From the human T2T-CHM13v2.0 reference genome, Homo sapiens, in assembly GCF_009914755.1 (NCBI RefSeq), contig NC_060943.1: a stretch of DNA of 64,000 bases. One strand, given 5' to 3'. The notes under the pieces were generated by a model that saw only the letters and a list, made by a program, of their open reading frames with translations, was not told the origin of the DNA and made no database searches. Positions 38,666 to 64,000 of the stretch are shown one piece after another. Position 1 is the stretch's first letter. Each line of letters begins with the position of its first letter. Position numbers and translations under genes: made by a program.

Positions 38666-39085
38666 ACAATGTGGGCATTGGGTACTTGCATTTGGTCTAC
38701 GGGACCATTAGCATCATTGATCAACTGAGGGCTTTTTCCTAGAGCAGGCATAACAAATTGATTTCATACATAAGCCAACTTGGATCACCTGGTGATGGCT
38801 GTTGGAACTGGTGTGTTGGGAAGAATCCTGAGGGGGCAAATGGCTAAGCAGGAAATTGACTCATGATTGACTAGCAATGTCTGCCATAGGCTTGGGATGG
38901 GGAAGAGGTGACACGTATGTTGGCTTCAAGATCATTGAGACCATCTTCCCCCTCCCCTCACCAACTCATTTTATAGTTGAGAAAACTGAGGTCCAGGGTG
39001 ACCAGCAACAGATGCAGAATCCAGGCCCTGGCTTCCTCAGCACTCCCAGCTTATCCCTGACACCTTGTCCCTCCTGTCTCCACAG

Positions 39086-39195
39086 GCTCTGAGCCCAAGT
39101 CATGTGTCCAGCCTTTTGACTCTGGAGCTGTGGCTTCAGCCACCAAGAGCAGCAGTGGATCCTGGAAACCTGAGAACCCAGACTTCTTCTCTGCC
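39086..39195 (+). other. ARHGEF18: ARHGEF18 exon 2, part upstream of the ATG (5' UTR for exon-1a transcripts; coding for exon-1b transcripts)
   Basis: Acceptor ccttgtccctcctgtctccacag|G; 110 nt with no stop codon in the frame of the main ORF. Confidence 0.85.
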
Positions 39196-39210
39196 ATGGG
39201 GGATGATCAG
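39196..39210 (+). CDS. ARHGEF18: ARHGEF18 long isoform, exon 2 coding part (MGDDQ)
   Basis: Strong Kozak context GCCATGG; the exon ends at CAG|GCAGGT (GC donor, phase 0), in frame with exon 3. Confidence 0.85.
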
Positions 39211-39419
39211 GCAGGTGTCTGACTGCTGAAACGGGCAGGAGCTGATGACGACAGTGGCAGCAAGTACACTTTGTTTAGCACCTGCATTTTACCAGGCACT
39301 TTGTGTACATTATCTCAGGGAATCCTCATCGAAACTTGCAAAGTCATTTATTATCCTGTTTTACCTATGAGGAAACCAGAATCTGTTCTGAAATAAGAAG
39401 AGGGAGGAAAGGAGCAATG

Positions 39420-40724
39420 GAGGGATGAATGGATGGATGGATAGATGGATGGGTGGGTGGGTGTCTGGATAGATGGATGGATAGATGGAAGGAAAGAGGA
39501 AATCAAGGAAAGATGAGTAGAAGGATGGATGGATGGATGGATACGTGGATGAATAGAAGGGTGGTTGGGTGGATGAATGGATGACGGATGACTAGAAGGA
39601 AGGGAGGAAAGATGGGTAGAAGTGTGGGTGAATGGATAAATGGATGATGGGTGAATAAAAAGAAGAAAGCTAGATGGATAGATGGATGGACTGATGGAAG
39701 GAAGGAGGATGGATGAAGGAAGGAAGGAAAGAAGGAAGTATGGATGGATAGGTAGAAGGATGGGTGGATTAAAGGAAGGAAGGAGAGATGGTTGATGAAT
39801 GAAAGAGTAGAAAGGTGGGTGAATGGAAGGAAGGAAGAAAGATGAGAAATGTGGGTGGATGGATACATGAATGATTGATGAATAAAATGAAAGATGGAAG
39901 GAAGGAAGATGGATGGATGAAAGGAAAGAGGATGGATAAATGAAAGAATGAAGGAAGGATGGATGGATAATGGATGGGTGAGTGGATGGATGAGAAGAAA
40001 TGTGAGTGGAAGGAAGGAAGGAAGAAAGATGGATGGGTGAAAGGAAGGAAGATGGCTAGATTGATGAAAGGAAGGAGGATGGATAAATGAAAGAATGAAG
40101 GAAGGATGGATGGATAATGGGTGGGTGAATGGATGGATGAGAAGAAGGGTGAGTGAAAAGGAAGGAAAAAAGGAAGAAAGGAAGGAAGGGGGATGGATGG
40201 ATGGGTTGATGGAAGGAAGGAGGATGGATAAATAAAAGAATGAAGGAAGGATAGATAAATAATGGGTGGGTGAATGGATGGATGAGTAGAAGGGTGAGAG
40301 GAAGGAAGGAAGGAAGATGGGTGGATGAAAGGAAGGAGGATGGATAAATGAATGAAGGAAAGATGGATGGGTAATGGATGGATGAATGGATGGATGAGAA
40401 GAAGAGTGAGTGGAAGGAAGGAAGATGGATAAATAAAAGAATAAAGGAAGGATGGATGGATAACGGATGGGTGAATGGATAGATGAGAAGACGGGTGAGT
40501 GGAAGGAAGGAAAGAAGGAAGGAAGTAAGGAAGATGGATGGATGGGTTGATGGAAGGAAGGAGGATGGATAAATGAAAGAATGAAGGAAGGATGGACGGA
40601 TAATGGAGGGGTAATGGATAGATGAGAAGAAGGATGAGAGGAAGAAAGGAAGGAAGGAGGGAAGGAAAGGAAGGAAGGAAGGAAGGAAGGAAGGAAGGAA
40701 GGAAGGAAGGAAGGAAGGAAGGAA
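39420..40724. repeat. (TGGA/GGAA)n compound array with a ~145-bp higher-order unit, ending in perfect (GGAA)14 at 40669-40724
   Basis: Variants of ggatggataaatgaaagaatgaaggaaggat recur near 39930, 40077, 40222, 40424 and 40563. Confidence 0.93.
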
Positions 40725-41440
40725 GGCAGGCAGGCTGACTAAAACCAAATACAGCCTAGAAAGGTAGACTGACTTGCCTAAGTTCCCGTCATGGCAGAGT
40801 TGGGATTCAAGCCCATTCTGACTCTGCAGCCTGCGTCCATACCCTCTGCTCTCATCACACTTTCTCTAAGCGCTTATGTCAGGGGCCTGTGGGGTAGGCC
40901 AGCCCCCAGGCTCCAGTCTCAAAAGAAAGACCCTGAAAGCTTGTGGTCCCTGGGTGGAGTTGGGGCACAGTTAACATCAAGTCCTGATGGTGTGTGGCTG
41001 GGACTGAGGTCGTGGCAAAGGTCCTGGTGACAGCCTCCAGGCTGCTTCAGGGAAGGTCTCCTGGGGTGGAAGATGTGGCATCTAGGAGGTGCATCCTTAA
41101 GAGGGTAGGGGCCAGGGAGAGGTCTCGTAAACATAGTTCAGCTCCAGCTCCACCAGGGACCAAGACAGTCAGGTGGTGTGTGTTGGGTCTCCAGGAAGCA
41201 GACTCAGACGGAGTTGGGCTGAAATGGGCAAGCTTTTATATCCCCTTGTCAATCACCCATTGCTGATGGGCTGCCCAGGAAGGGGGCTGAGAACTGACAG
41301 TTCCTTCTCCCACAGCCTCGGAGGATCTGAGTGGTTTTCCACAACATCCGCTACACTAAGGAAGGAGGATCTGTTACGGTTAAGCCATAAAGGGCATCCC
41401 ATGTACCCAGGCTTGTCATTTTATGGAAGAGGACACTGAG

Positions 41441-44085
<2,645 letters not shown>

Positions 44086-44102
<17 letters not shown>

Positions 44103-44430
44103 TATACACATATATATATTATATATATATATACACATATATATATTTTATATATATATACACATATATATTTTATATATATATACACATATATATTTTA
44201 TATATATATACACATATATATATTTTATATATATATACACATATATATATTTTATATATATATACACATATATATATTTTATATATATATACACATATAT
44301 ATATTTTATATATATATACACATATATATATTTTATATATATATACACATATATATATTTTATATATATATACACATATATATTTTTATATATATATTTT
44401 ATATATATATATATTTTATATATATATATA
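44086..44430. repeat. AT-rich VNTR (25-27 bp unit, TA runs around a CACA core) in an Alu tail; followed by (GA)n and (GGAA)10 at 44532-44571
   Basis: CACAT cores at 44161, 44186, 44211, 44238, 44265, 44292, 44319, 44346 and 44373. Confidence 0.95.
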
Positions 44431-44474
44431 AAAGCTGGGCATGGTAGTGCAGACCTGGAAAGAAGGAAGAAAGG

Positions 44475-44518
<44 letters not shown>

Positions 44519-45575
44519 AGGGAGGGAGGGCGGAAGGAAGGAAGGAAGGAAGGAAGGAAGGAAGGAAGGAAGGAGAAGACTATCTGCTCTATGATTTACT
44601 TGCCATTTTGTTTGAAATTAAGCCACTTTTTTACATGACAAAATGGGACCAGGGACACATTATGCTTTGGTGTGTTATCTTTTTCCAACAGACAACAAGA
44701 TCAATAACTATTTACATTTTTAAAATAAGCATGTATTCATGTACTATGCAAAACTGTGCGTGGTGAGCCTTTCTGAAGAGTGGGGAACCCTGGGCTGTTT
44801 CACCTCTGGATTTGATGGGGGATCCCATCCCCCAAGGCTCCCCCAGGTCTAGGGAACAGGAGCCTGGATTTATAGCATCCTCTCTGGGGTGTCAGGGCCA
44901 GCAGGGCAGCGTACGATGCTTACTCAGATACCTGGAAAGACCCCCACTGGGCTGGCTCTCATCTTTTCTTGCCCAAGATATGTCAGAACAAAGGTGCAAG
45001 CTCCAAAATAAAAGATGAGACACCCCCTCTCTCCCTCCCTCAATGTACCTACCAGTGGGAGCTGGAACAGCCTGTACTGCCTGGCTCCCCACTCCCCAGC
45101 TCCACCCCCATCTCTGGCCTGGCTCCCACCTCTGCCTCCTCTGAGGGAGGCCAGATGCAGGAGAAAGAGGGAGGCTCAGCCAGGCCAAGAGGCTGTCCTG
45201 ACGTGTTTATATTTACAGGAGGATGAAAACCAGAGACACAAAAAAACCTTCGGGGGCTGCGACAGAAAAGACAGTAGGAGGTTTTCCAGGCACTGGGGGT
45301 AGGAATGGAGCCATTTGGGGGGTAAGTGGGAATTTGAAAGGAGGCTGCCGCCCAAGTCACATGAGGGCCAGCCAGAGCTAGAGCTGTGGCTCTTTAGAAA
45401 GAGACTGAAAAAGAGGGACCCTGGTGATCAAAAGGCAGAGGGAGGAAGAGGACGCAGAGGAGGAGTCAGCAGGGAGAAGGGAGGGAAATGAGGACGGTGG
45501 CCACAAAGGAGAGATTCAAGAAGGCAGGCTGTGGAAACAGCAGAGTGAGTCCTTAGGAAGTTAAACCTAAAATTG

Positions 45576-48361
<2,786 letters not shown>

Positions 48362-49205
48362 TTACGATGATAAATGTTATGTGATGTGTATTTCACTGGA
48401 ATAAAAAGAAGGGAGGGGCCAAATCTATAAAGACATCAACATGGGTGAGTTCTGGGTAAAGGGCAAACCCTGCGTAGCTCCTCCTTCCTCATCCCAAGAC
48501 AAGTGTGGACACTGGCCCCTTGCCTCCTGCCGGCAAAGATCCCCAGCTGACAAATTGAGAGCATCCACCAAGGGCTGCCTGAGATCACATGGATGCCTGG
48601 AGCCACATCTCAGCACTGGCCTCGCATGGAGCCATGGGGGAAGCCCACTCGCCCACCTACCCACCAAACCCTGTGTGCAGACAGTCCTAACAAATGCCTG
48701 GAAAAGGACAATTCCTGTCCTGCAGATCCTGACAGCCCAGAGGAAGGGCACCTTACCAACCTTGAGGAGTCAGGAAGGCAACCTGGAGGGCATGCCCAAG
48801 CTGGGTTTTGACGGTTGCATAGGAGTTCACCAGACAGACTCAGGATGGGCCGGGTGGGAGAGGAGGTTTTGCAAGAAGAAAAGGCAGGTGCCCTGGCTGG
48901 ACAGAATGACAAATACAATGACTGGGAGGAGAAGAGGGAAGTGAAGGACAAAAGAAGGGAAGGACAAAGAAATAGGAACAGGAGCAGAAGCTGTACCAAA
49001 AAGAAAAAAAAAAGAGAGAGAGATAATCAGATGGAAACTCAGTGACGAGAAGTGCTTTGCCAAGGCTAGAAGTAGGGGAATCTGGCATGGAAGACCAGAC
49101 TTCTGGTCCTTTTGTGGGGGTGAGCTCTTGAAGGTCCAGGTTAGACAGGGGACTGGGGGACTACTCCCTCCCATTCCATCCCACCCGCTGTGAGGAGGGC
49201 GCTGA

Positions 49206-49676
<471 letters not shown>

Positions 49677-49701
49677 TAAGACAAGCCACCCCTTGCACCT
49701 G

Positions 49702-50783
<1,082 letters not shown>

Positions 50784-50841
50784 CTCTAGGGCCATGAGGG
50801 GCGTCTGCACCATCAGAGGCAGCCCAAAAAACCCTCTTCTA

Positions 50842-51379
<538 letters not shown>

Positions 51380-51469
51380 TTATGATCAGAACGGAAATGT
51401 GTGAGACACCATGCACCCCACAGTGGCAGCACCAAATAGTAGAGGCAGGGGGTGCTCTAGCCACCCCTA

Positions 51470-52423
<954 letters not shown>

Positions 52424-53171
52424 TGACAATAGCACACTTTTGGGTTTAGAAAGCAGTGCTATAGGTAGGAAGGAGAGACTTGCCAGGGCTGGTGGCGCTT
52501 ACCCACCATGGCGGGGTGGAGGCTGCTTATCTGTGGTGTGGCCCGTGCCTCAGTTGTCTCTGGGTCCTAGGATTCCAGCCTAGGCCTGAAGGGATTTCCC
52601 TGGGTAAGCATCTGGGGCAGGCCATGCATGGCCATGACTCCAACCCAAGGGCTGGAGACAAGGGGATGGGGGATGTCTTATCTTGCAGTTTCAGCCAGGC
52701 TTGGAGGATCTTTGCCTGGAGTGTAGCCCTGCAGCCGGAAGGCAGCTGTGTCTGTGGTTGGGGTATGCAGCTACAGCTAAGGAGAATTTGTGTCTGACCT
52801 GAGATCCCAGCTCACACCTGAGGAATGCATGCTTGGAGCTGTGGCTGGTGGCTGAGACATCTTTGGCTGTGATCACAAAGGACCCTGGGGGAAATTCCTG
52901 GCCATTGTTGGAAGCTGTGGCTCTGATACCTGGGGCTCCAGCTCAGAGCTGGAGGCTCCTCCGCCAGGACTACAGCCCTGTGGCTGGGGAGGGGGTGGCT
53001 GAACCCATGTCTTATGGCTGGGGGGAGTGGCTGGAGGCTGAGGCTTGGATGAGTGTGTCACCCCATTTCTGTGGAGGTGGCCCTGGCTGTGGGTTGGGCC
53101 CCTCAATCCAGGGAACCTGCCTGCAGTCCAGGCTGCCTTCCCAGCTTAGTGAGATGTTTAATCCCCTGCAG

Positions 53172-53286
53172 GAATGTGACAGCCCCAAGAAAAGAGGGAG
53201 GTCAAGGTCCGTTCCTGTGTCCTTCTATGAGATCCGCTCTCCGGAAATCTCTCCGGGTTTGGAAGTGCCCACTCCACCTGTTCAAG
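53172..53286 (+). CDS. ARHGEF18: ARHGEF18 exon 5 ([15 protein letters not shown]...PPVQ)
   Basis: Acceptor cccctgcag|; 115 nt; donor AAG|GTAGCT; phases 0/1. Confidence 0.92.
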
Positions 53287-53550
53287 GTAGCTAGCCTGGG
53301 AGTTTCCTTCATTCAAACCAAGTCAGGGAAAGAGGAGCCTGGCCAACATGGTGAAACCCTGTTGGGGTTTCATCCTTCATCCTGGAGGGTCCCCTTGGTG
53401 GGGCTCCAGATGGGCCCCAGGGAAGGGAAGGGAGCTGGCTTAGGGTCCCCTGGGCAGGGACTGAGCAGAACGCTGGGGGAAGCCAGAGAGGGGAAGGGAC
53501 CTCCAGCATCTGTCCCTCCTCCTCTCCCTGCAGCTCTTGAGCCAGTGTGA

Positions 53551-53947
<397 letters not shown>

Positions 53948-54113
53948 TGAGATCTTGCACCTCTCTGGCATCAGACAAACCTGGAGTCTAAACACATAAC
54001 AAGTCTCTGAGCCTCTGTGGCTTCCTCTATTAGAAGAGGTGCAGCAGCTCACACCTGGAATCCCAGCACCTTGGGAGGCTGAGGCAGGTGAATAACTTGA
54101 GCCCAGGAGTTCA

Positions 54114-54314
<201 letters not shown>

Positions 54315-54317
54315 TCA

Positions 54318-54703
<386 letters not shown>

Positions 54704-54710
54704 TTAGTAG

Positions 54711-54980
<270 letters not shown>

Positions 54981-55239
54981 TGAGTTTCTGCCTCGTGGTG
55001 GGGGAGGGACCCCCAGGGAACAGGCCACAAAGTCAGGGCTGCGGGAGGAGGGCTGCCAGGGTGCAGTGTTGCTGGCCATAAGTGACCAGGGCCAGACACC
55101 ATCCCACTAGTCCCCCCATAACCTCATCTTTCTGCCACCATCCTTCTCCCGGTGGGAGGGACCCAGGCCCCTCAGAAAGGTTCTCAATGTAGCCTTGGGA
55201 GACAACTGTGGCTTTTTTTTTTTTTTTTTTTTGAGATAG

Positions 55240-55917
<678 letters not shown>

Positions 55918-55970
55918 TCAAAATACAAAAATTAGCCAGGCGTGGTGGCACGCACCTGTAATCCCAGCTA

Positions 55971-56078
<108 letters not shown>

Positions 56079-56385
56079 TCAAAAAAATAGAAAAAAGACA
56101 AGGCTGGGTTCAAGGGAAGAAAAATGGGGCAGAAGAGGAGGGAGGAGGATAGAAGACAAGAGTTGGAGAGGAGCAGGCTGCCACTGGCATAGGGGTTCCT
56201 TGGAGCAAACAGGTGAAGGTGCCTCCTGCCTAAGACACTGCCATCTGTTACAAAATCTTCCTGTAGCTGGATGTGGTGGCTCATACCACTGTAATCCCAA
56301 CATTTTGGGAGGCCAAGGTGAGAGGATCATTTGGAGGCCACGAGTTTGAGACCAGCTTGGGAAAGATAGTGAGACCCTGTCTCTA

Positions 56386-56538
<153 letters not shown>

Positions 56539-56780
56539 TTAGCTGGGCGTGGTGGCACATACCTGTAGTCCCCAGCTACTCTGGGGGGTGTGGGGGTGTT
56601 GACGCAGGAGGATGGCTGAGTCCAGGCAGTGAAGGCTGCCATGAGCCATGATTATGCCACTGCACACCAGCCTGAGCAACAGAGCAAAACCCTGTTTAAA
56701 AAAAAAAAAAAATTGTGGGCTGGGCGCAGTGGCTCACACCTGTAATCCCAGCACTTTGGGAGGCCAAGGCGGGCGGATCA

Positions 56781-57298
<518 letters not shown>

Positions 57299-57438
57299 TC
57301 ATATACAAGCCCAGAGTGTCAAGGACAGGTGGGCTCTTAGACGGGGTACCTGGTGTATGCCTGTACTCGGTAGCACTGGGGTAGGTGAGTGGGAGAAGAG
57401 GCTGCCGACCCAGGTATCTGTCCCCTCTGATCCTGCAG

Positions 57439-57516
57439 GGCCCGGCAGAGGGCTTGCATGTCAGCCAGCCCCGGAGGAGCCCACTCGAACCTGACCTGGT
57501 TTGAATTCCTGTCGGA
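57439..57516 (+). CDS. ARHGEF18: ARHGEF18 exon 8 (ARQRACMSASPGGAHSNLTWFEFLSE), 78-nt symmetric exon
   Basis: Acceptor tcctgcag|; donor GGA|GTAAGT; phases 2/2. Confidence 0.9.
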
Positions 57517-58215
57517 GTAAGTACACAGATCTGCTTCTGGGGAGGGCAGCCTTGGATTCGAACAAGTGTTTACAGATGGTCCTTTGGGCCAGACCCCCCA
57601 TGCTGGGGGCAGGAGCTGGAGCCCCCATCAGGGCAATGGTGGGAGCTGGCAGGAAAGGGAGGGATGAGGCTCCCGTATACCCTGAGAGGACAGAGGAAGA
57701 CTTCCTGGAGGAGGTGACGATGTAAGCAGGGTTCTGACGGAAGAGTAGGAGTTTGCCAATACGTGCAGATAAGGATGAAGGAAAAAAAAAGAAACTAGAA
57801 GGCTTAGGGAATGACATCGGAGTGGGGCTGGGAGGAGGGAAGGTGGGAGAAATCAGCAGAGACCAGACCACCTCAGCTACACAAAGGCGCTCACACTTTA
57901 TCCGAAACAGCAGTGGGGCTTGGGTGCGGTGGCTCACGCCTATAATCCCAGCACTTTGGGAGGCCGAGGAGGGTGGATCATCTGAGGTCAGGAGTTCAAG
58001 ACCAGCCTGGCCAACATGGTGAAACCCAATCTCTACTAAAAATACAAAAATTAGCCGGATGTGGTGGCGGGTGCCTGTAATCCCAGCTACTCACGAGGCT
58101 GAGGCAGGACAATCACTTGAACCCAGGAGGCGGAGGTTGCAGTGAGCCAAGATCACGCCCTTGCACTCCAGCCTGGGCAACAGAGTGAAACTCCGTCTCA
58201 AAAATAAATAAATAA

Positions 58216-58246
<31 letters not shown>

Positions 58247-59137
58247 AAATAAAAAGAGCAGTGGGGCCTTTGAGCATTATCAGTTCTGGTGATAGGATGG
58301 GGACAGTATGAGGACCACAGACAGGGCTGGAGGTCCCTGAATCCCTCTCTCTCCCTCCTTTCCTCCCTCCCTCTCTCACTCACTCATTCATTCAAGAAAC
58401 ATTTATGGATATTTACAAAGTTCCAGAAGCCACTCGGACTGGGATCTGGGGGCACAGACTGGAGGAATGGCGTCTCCGCCCAGGAAATAGACCCTACCAG
58501 AGCAGGAATCATGTCTGCCTTATATGTCACTGACCTAATATTTATTAAATGAAGGTGTGCCTGAAATCCAGGAAACCATGCCAGTGACCTGGGGATGGAG
58601 TTTGGGGTGGGGGAGGAGATAGAAGAATGAGCAGGATTTAAAGACCAATTAGGGCCGGGCGTGGTGGCTCATGCCTGTAATCCCAGCATTTTGGGAAGCT
58701 GAGGCAGATGGATCACCTAAGCCTGGCCAACACGGTGAAACCCCGCCTCTACTAAAAATACAAAACAATTAGCTGGGCACAGTGGCACACACCTGTGGTC
58801 CCAGCTACTCGGGAGGCTGAGGCATGAGAATCGCTTGAACCTGGAGGCAGAGGCTGCAGTGAGCCGAGATTGCACCACTGCACTCCAGCCTGGGTGACAG
58901 AGTGAGACTCTGTCTCAAAATAAATAACAAAATAACTAAATAAATAAATAAATAAAGGCCAATTAGATACCGGGTGGGGGTGGGGGGCGTGAATTAGAGG
59001 GAGAAATCATAAGTGAACAGAGCTGAAATTCCCAGCCCAGGCATTGAGGGACCTCAAACCTGAGATCACGTTGCATTTCCCTCTGTAAACCCAGTCCCCA
59101 AAGCTCTTGCAAACATTCATTCATGTCTGCTGAGTGA

Positions 59138-59904
<767 letters not shown>

Positions 59905-59984
59905 TAACTCGGGACTGGCAACAGTCCCTTTAAGTCTCAGCTTTTGCGATTGTGGGAATCCTCCTGCAGCATCTGGACTTGAGC

Positions 59985-60375
59985 CGTGTATGAGTTTGCT
60001 AGGGCTGTCATGACAAAGTACCATGCACCAGGTGGCTTAACCATCAGAGATATATTCCCTTGCACTTCTGGGGGCTTAAAGTCTGAGATCAAGGGCTAAG
60101 CTTCATATGAAGGTGCCAGGAAATGATCCATTCCAGGCGTCTCTCCTGGCTTCATCCCTTAGCCTCACATGGCCCTGTCTGTGTCCCAGTTTCCCCTTTC
60201 TATAAGGATACCAGCCATATTGGATTAGGGGCCCACCACACTCCAGTGTGGCCTCAGCTTAGCTTATTTACATCCATGAAGACTCTATTTTCAAATAAGG
60301 TCGCATCCTAAAGGACAGAAGTGGGGGAGTAGGATTGCAACACATGAATTTGATGGGTGGGGGGAGGGGCATACA
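59985..60375. mobile_element. MLT1-type MaLR LTR
   Basis: tgtatgagtttgctagggctgtcatgacaaagtacca...ttctataaggataccagccatattggattagggg...caaataaggtcgcat. Confidence 0.8.
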
Positions 60376-60659
60376 ATTTTATCCATAGCAGGTCGTTTTC
60401 TGCTTCCTGGGGCACTTGGTGGTTGTGGGGTGGTGAGGGAAAGAGTCTCTACTCGAGAAAAAGTACCAGATTCAAGAGACTCCCAGAAAGAGATGGCTCT
60501 GGTCATTGCCGGGATTTAGAACTTTGTCTTTTTGCAAATAAGCTCCACGTTGGAGGGAATGAAGAGGAGGAGGTGGTGGCAACTGCGTGTTAGAAAAGAT
60601 GCGTGCGCCGTTTGTAACCGAATCCAAACTGCAGTCTGTGGCTGGCAGAACTCAGGCTA

Positions 60660-60870
60660 GTTCACAGTTTCTGGGCCTTAGCACTGTCAACATTTGGGGC
60701 CAGGTGATTCTTTGTTCTAAGGGGCTATCCTGTGCATTGTAGGATATTTAGTAGCATCCCTGGCCTTCACCCTCTAAATGCTGGTAGTAACCACCTCCTG
60801 CCTCCAGTTGCAACAATCAAAAATGTCTCCAGACATGGCCAAAAGTCTCCTGGGGGGCAGAATTTCCTCC
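60660..60870. mobile_element. MER20 (hAT-Charlie); a second diverged copy at ~62815-63010
   Basis: gcactgtcaacatttggggccag...cctgtgcattgtaggatatttagtagcatccctggcc...aaaaatgtctccagacat. Confidence 0.8.
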
Positions 60871-61131
60871 AGACAGGAATCAATGGGTGAATGAGATGGG
60901 CAAACAGATCCTAGATGGGCTTAGACCCTGCAGTGAGAGAACATCTCCACCCCCGGGGCAAGTGCCTCTGAGCAACGTGCCTTGCAGGTTTTGCATTTGT
61001 TGGCTTTACCTGCTTCAGGCGTGGGAATTTTCCTTCTTTCTCATTTTCCTCTCTTTCTGCAGTGCCATTGCTGGCCATGGGGCTGGGGGTGGCTGTTGGT
61101 GGCTAGTGGTGTCAACGATGTTCCTCTTTGA

Positions 61132-63970
<2,839 letters not shown>

Positions 63971-64000
63971 GCTGTTTTTTGTTTTTTGAGTTTTTTTGTT

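Noticed and set aside
61040-61105. Strong-looking acceptor ttttcctctctttctgcag at ~61062
   Set aside because: The phase-1 reading stops after about 14 codons and I found no clear donor; unsupported as an exon.

Overview
Human (or very closely related great ape) genomic DNA, very Alu-rich (roughly a third of the window by eye), with no obvious CpG island. I recognise it as the 5' part of ARHGEF18 (p114RhoGEF; chr19p13.2, which from memory lies next to INSR). Nine coding exons on the + strand (39196-59725; 967 nt, 322 codons + 1 nt) splice in frame to give the N-terminus of the long isoform, [20 protein letters not shown]...[11 protein letters not shown]. The DH/PH core lies beyond the window. 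Bases 1 to ~25 kb appear intergenic (Alu, L1, L2, MIR, MaLR, hAT fossils, and a 1.4 kb CAT/CAC array). The most interesting observations are these. (1) A second candidate first exon at 32070-32154 splices in frame through the apparent 5' UTR of exon 2 and adds a 65-aa extension with a Trp/Phe/basic motif. (2) The first coding intron needs a GC donor, and a frameshifting GT competitor sits 4 nt away. (3) The N-terminal region has basophilic/14-3-3 motifs, an AKAP-like helix on a symmetric micro-exon, and half of a C1 domain. (4) PU.1, RUNX and GATA motifs cluster at the upstream first exon. (5) There is an old 15 x 26-bp array in intron 1. (6) Two Alu insertions have abnormally long flanking duplications. 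Almost all ORFs in the supplied track are Alu or simple-repeat artefacts. Repeat boundaries and subfamily names were assigned by eye and are approximate.
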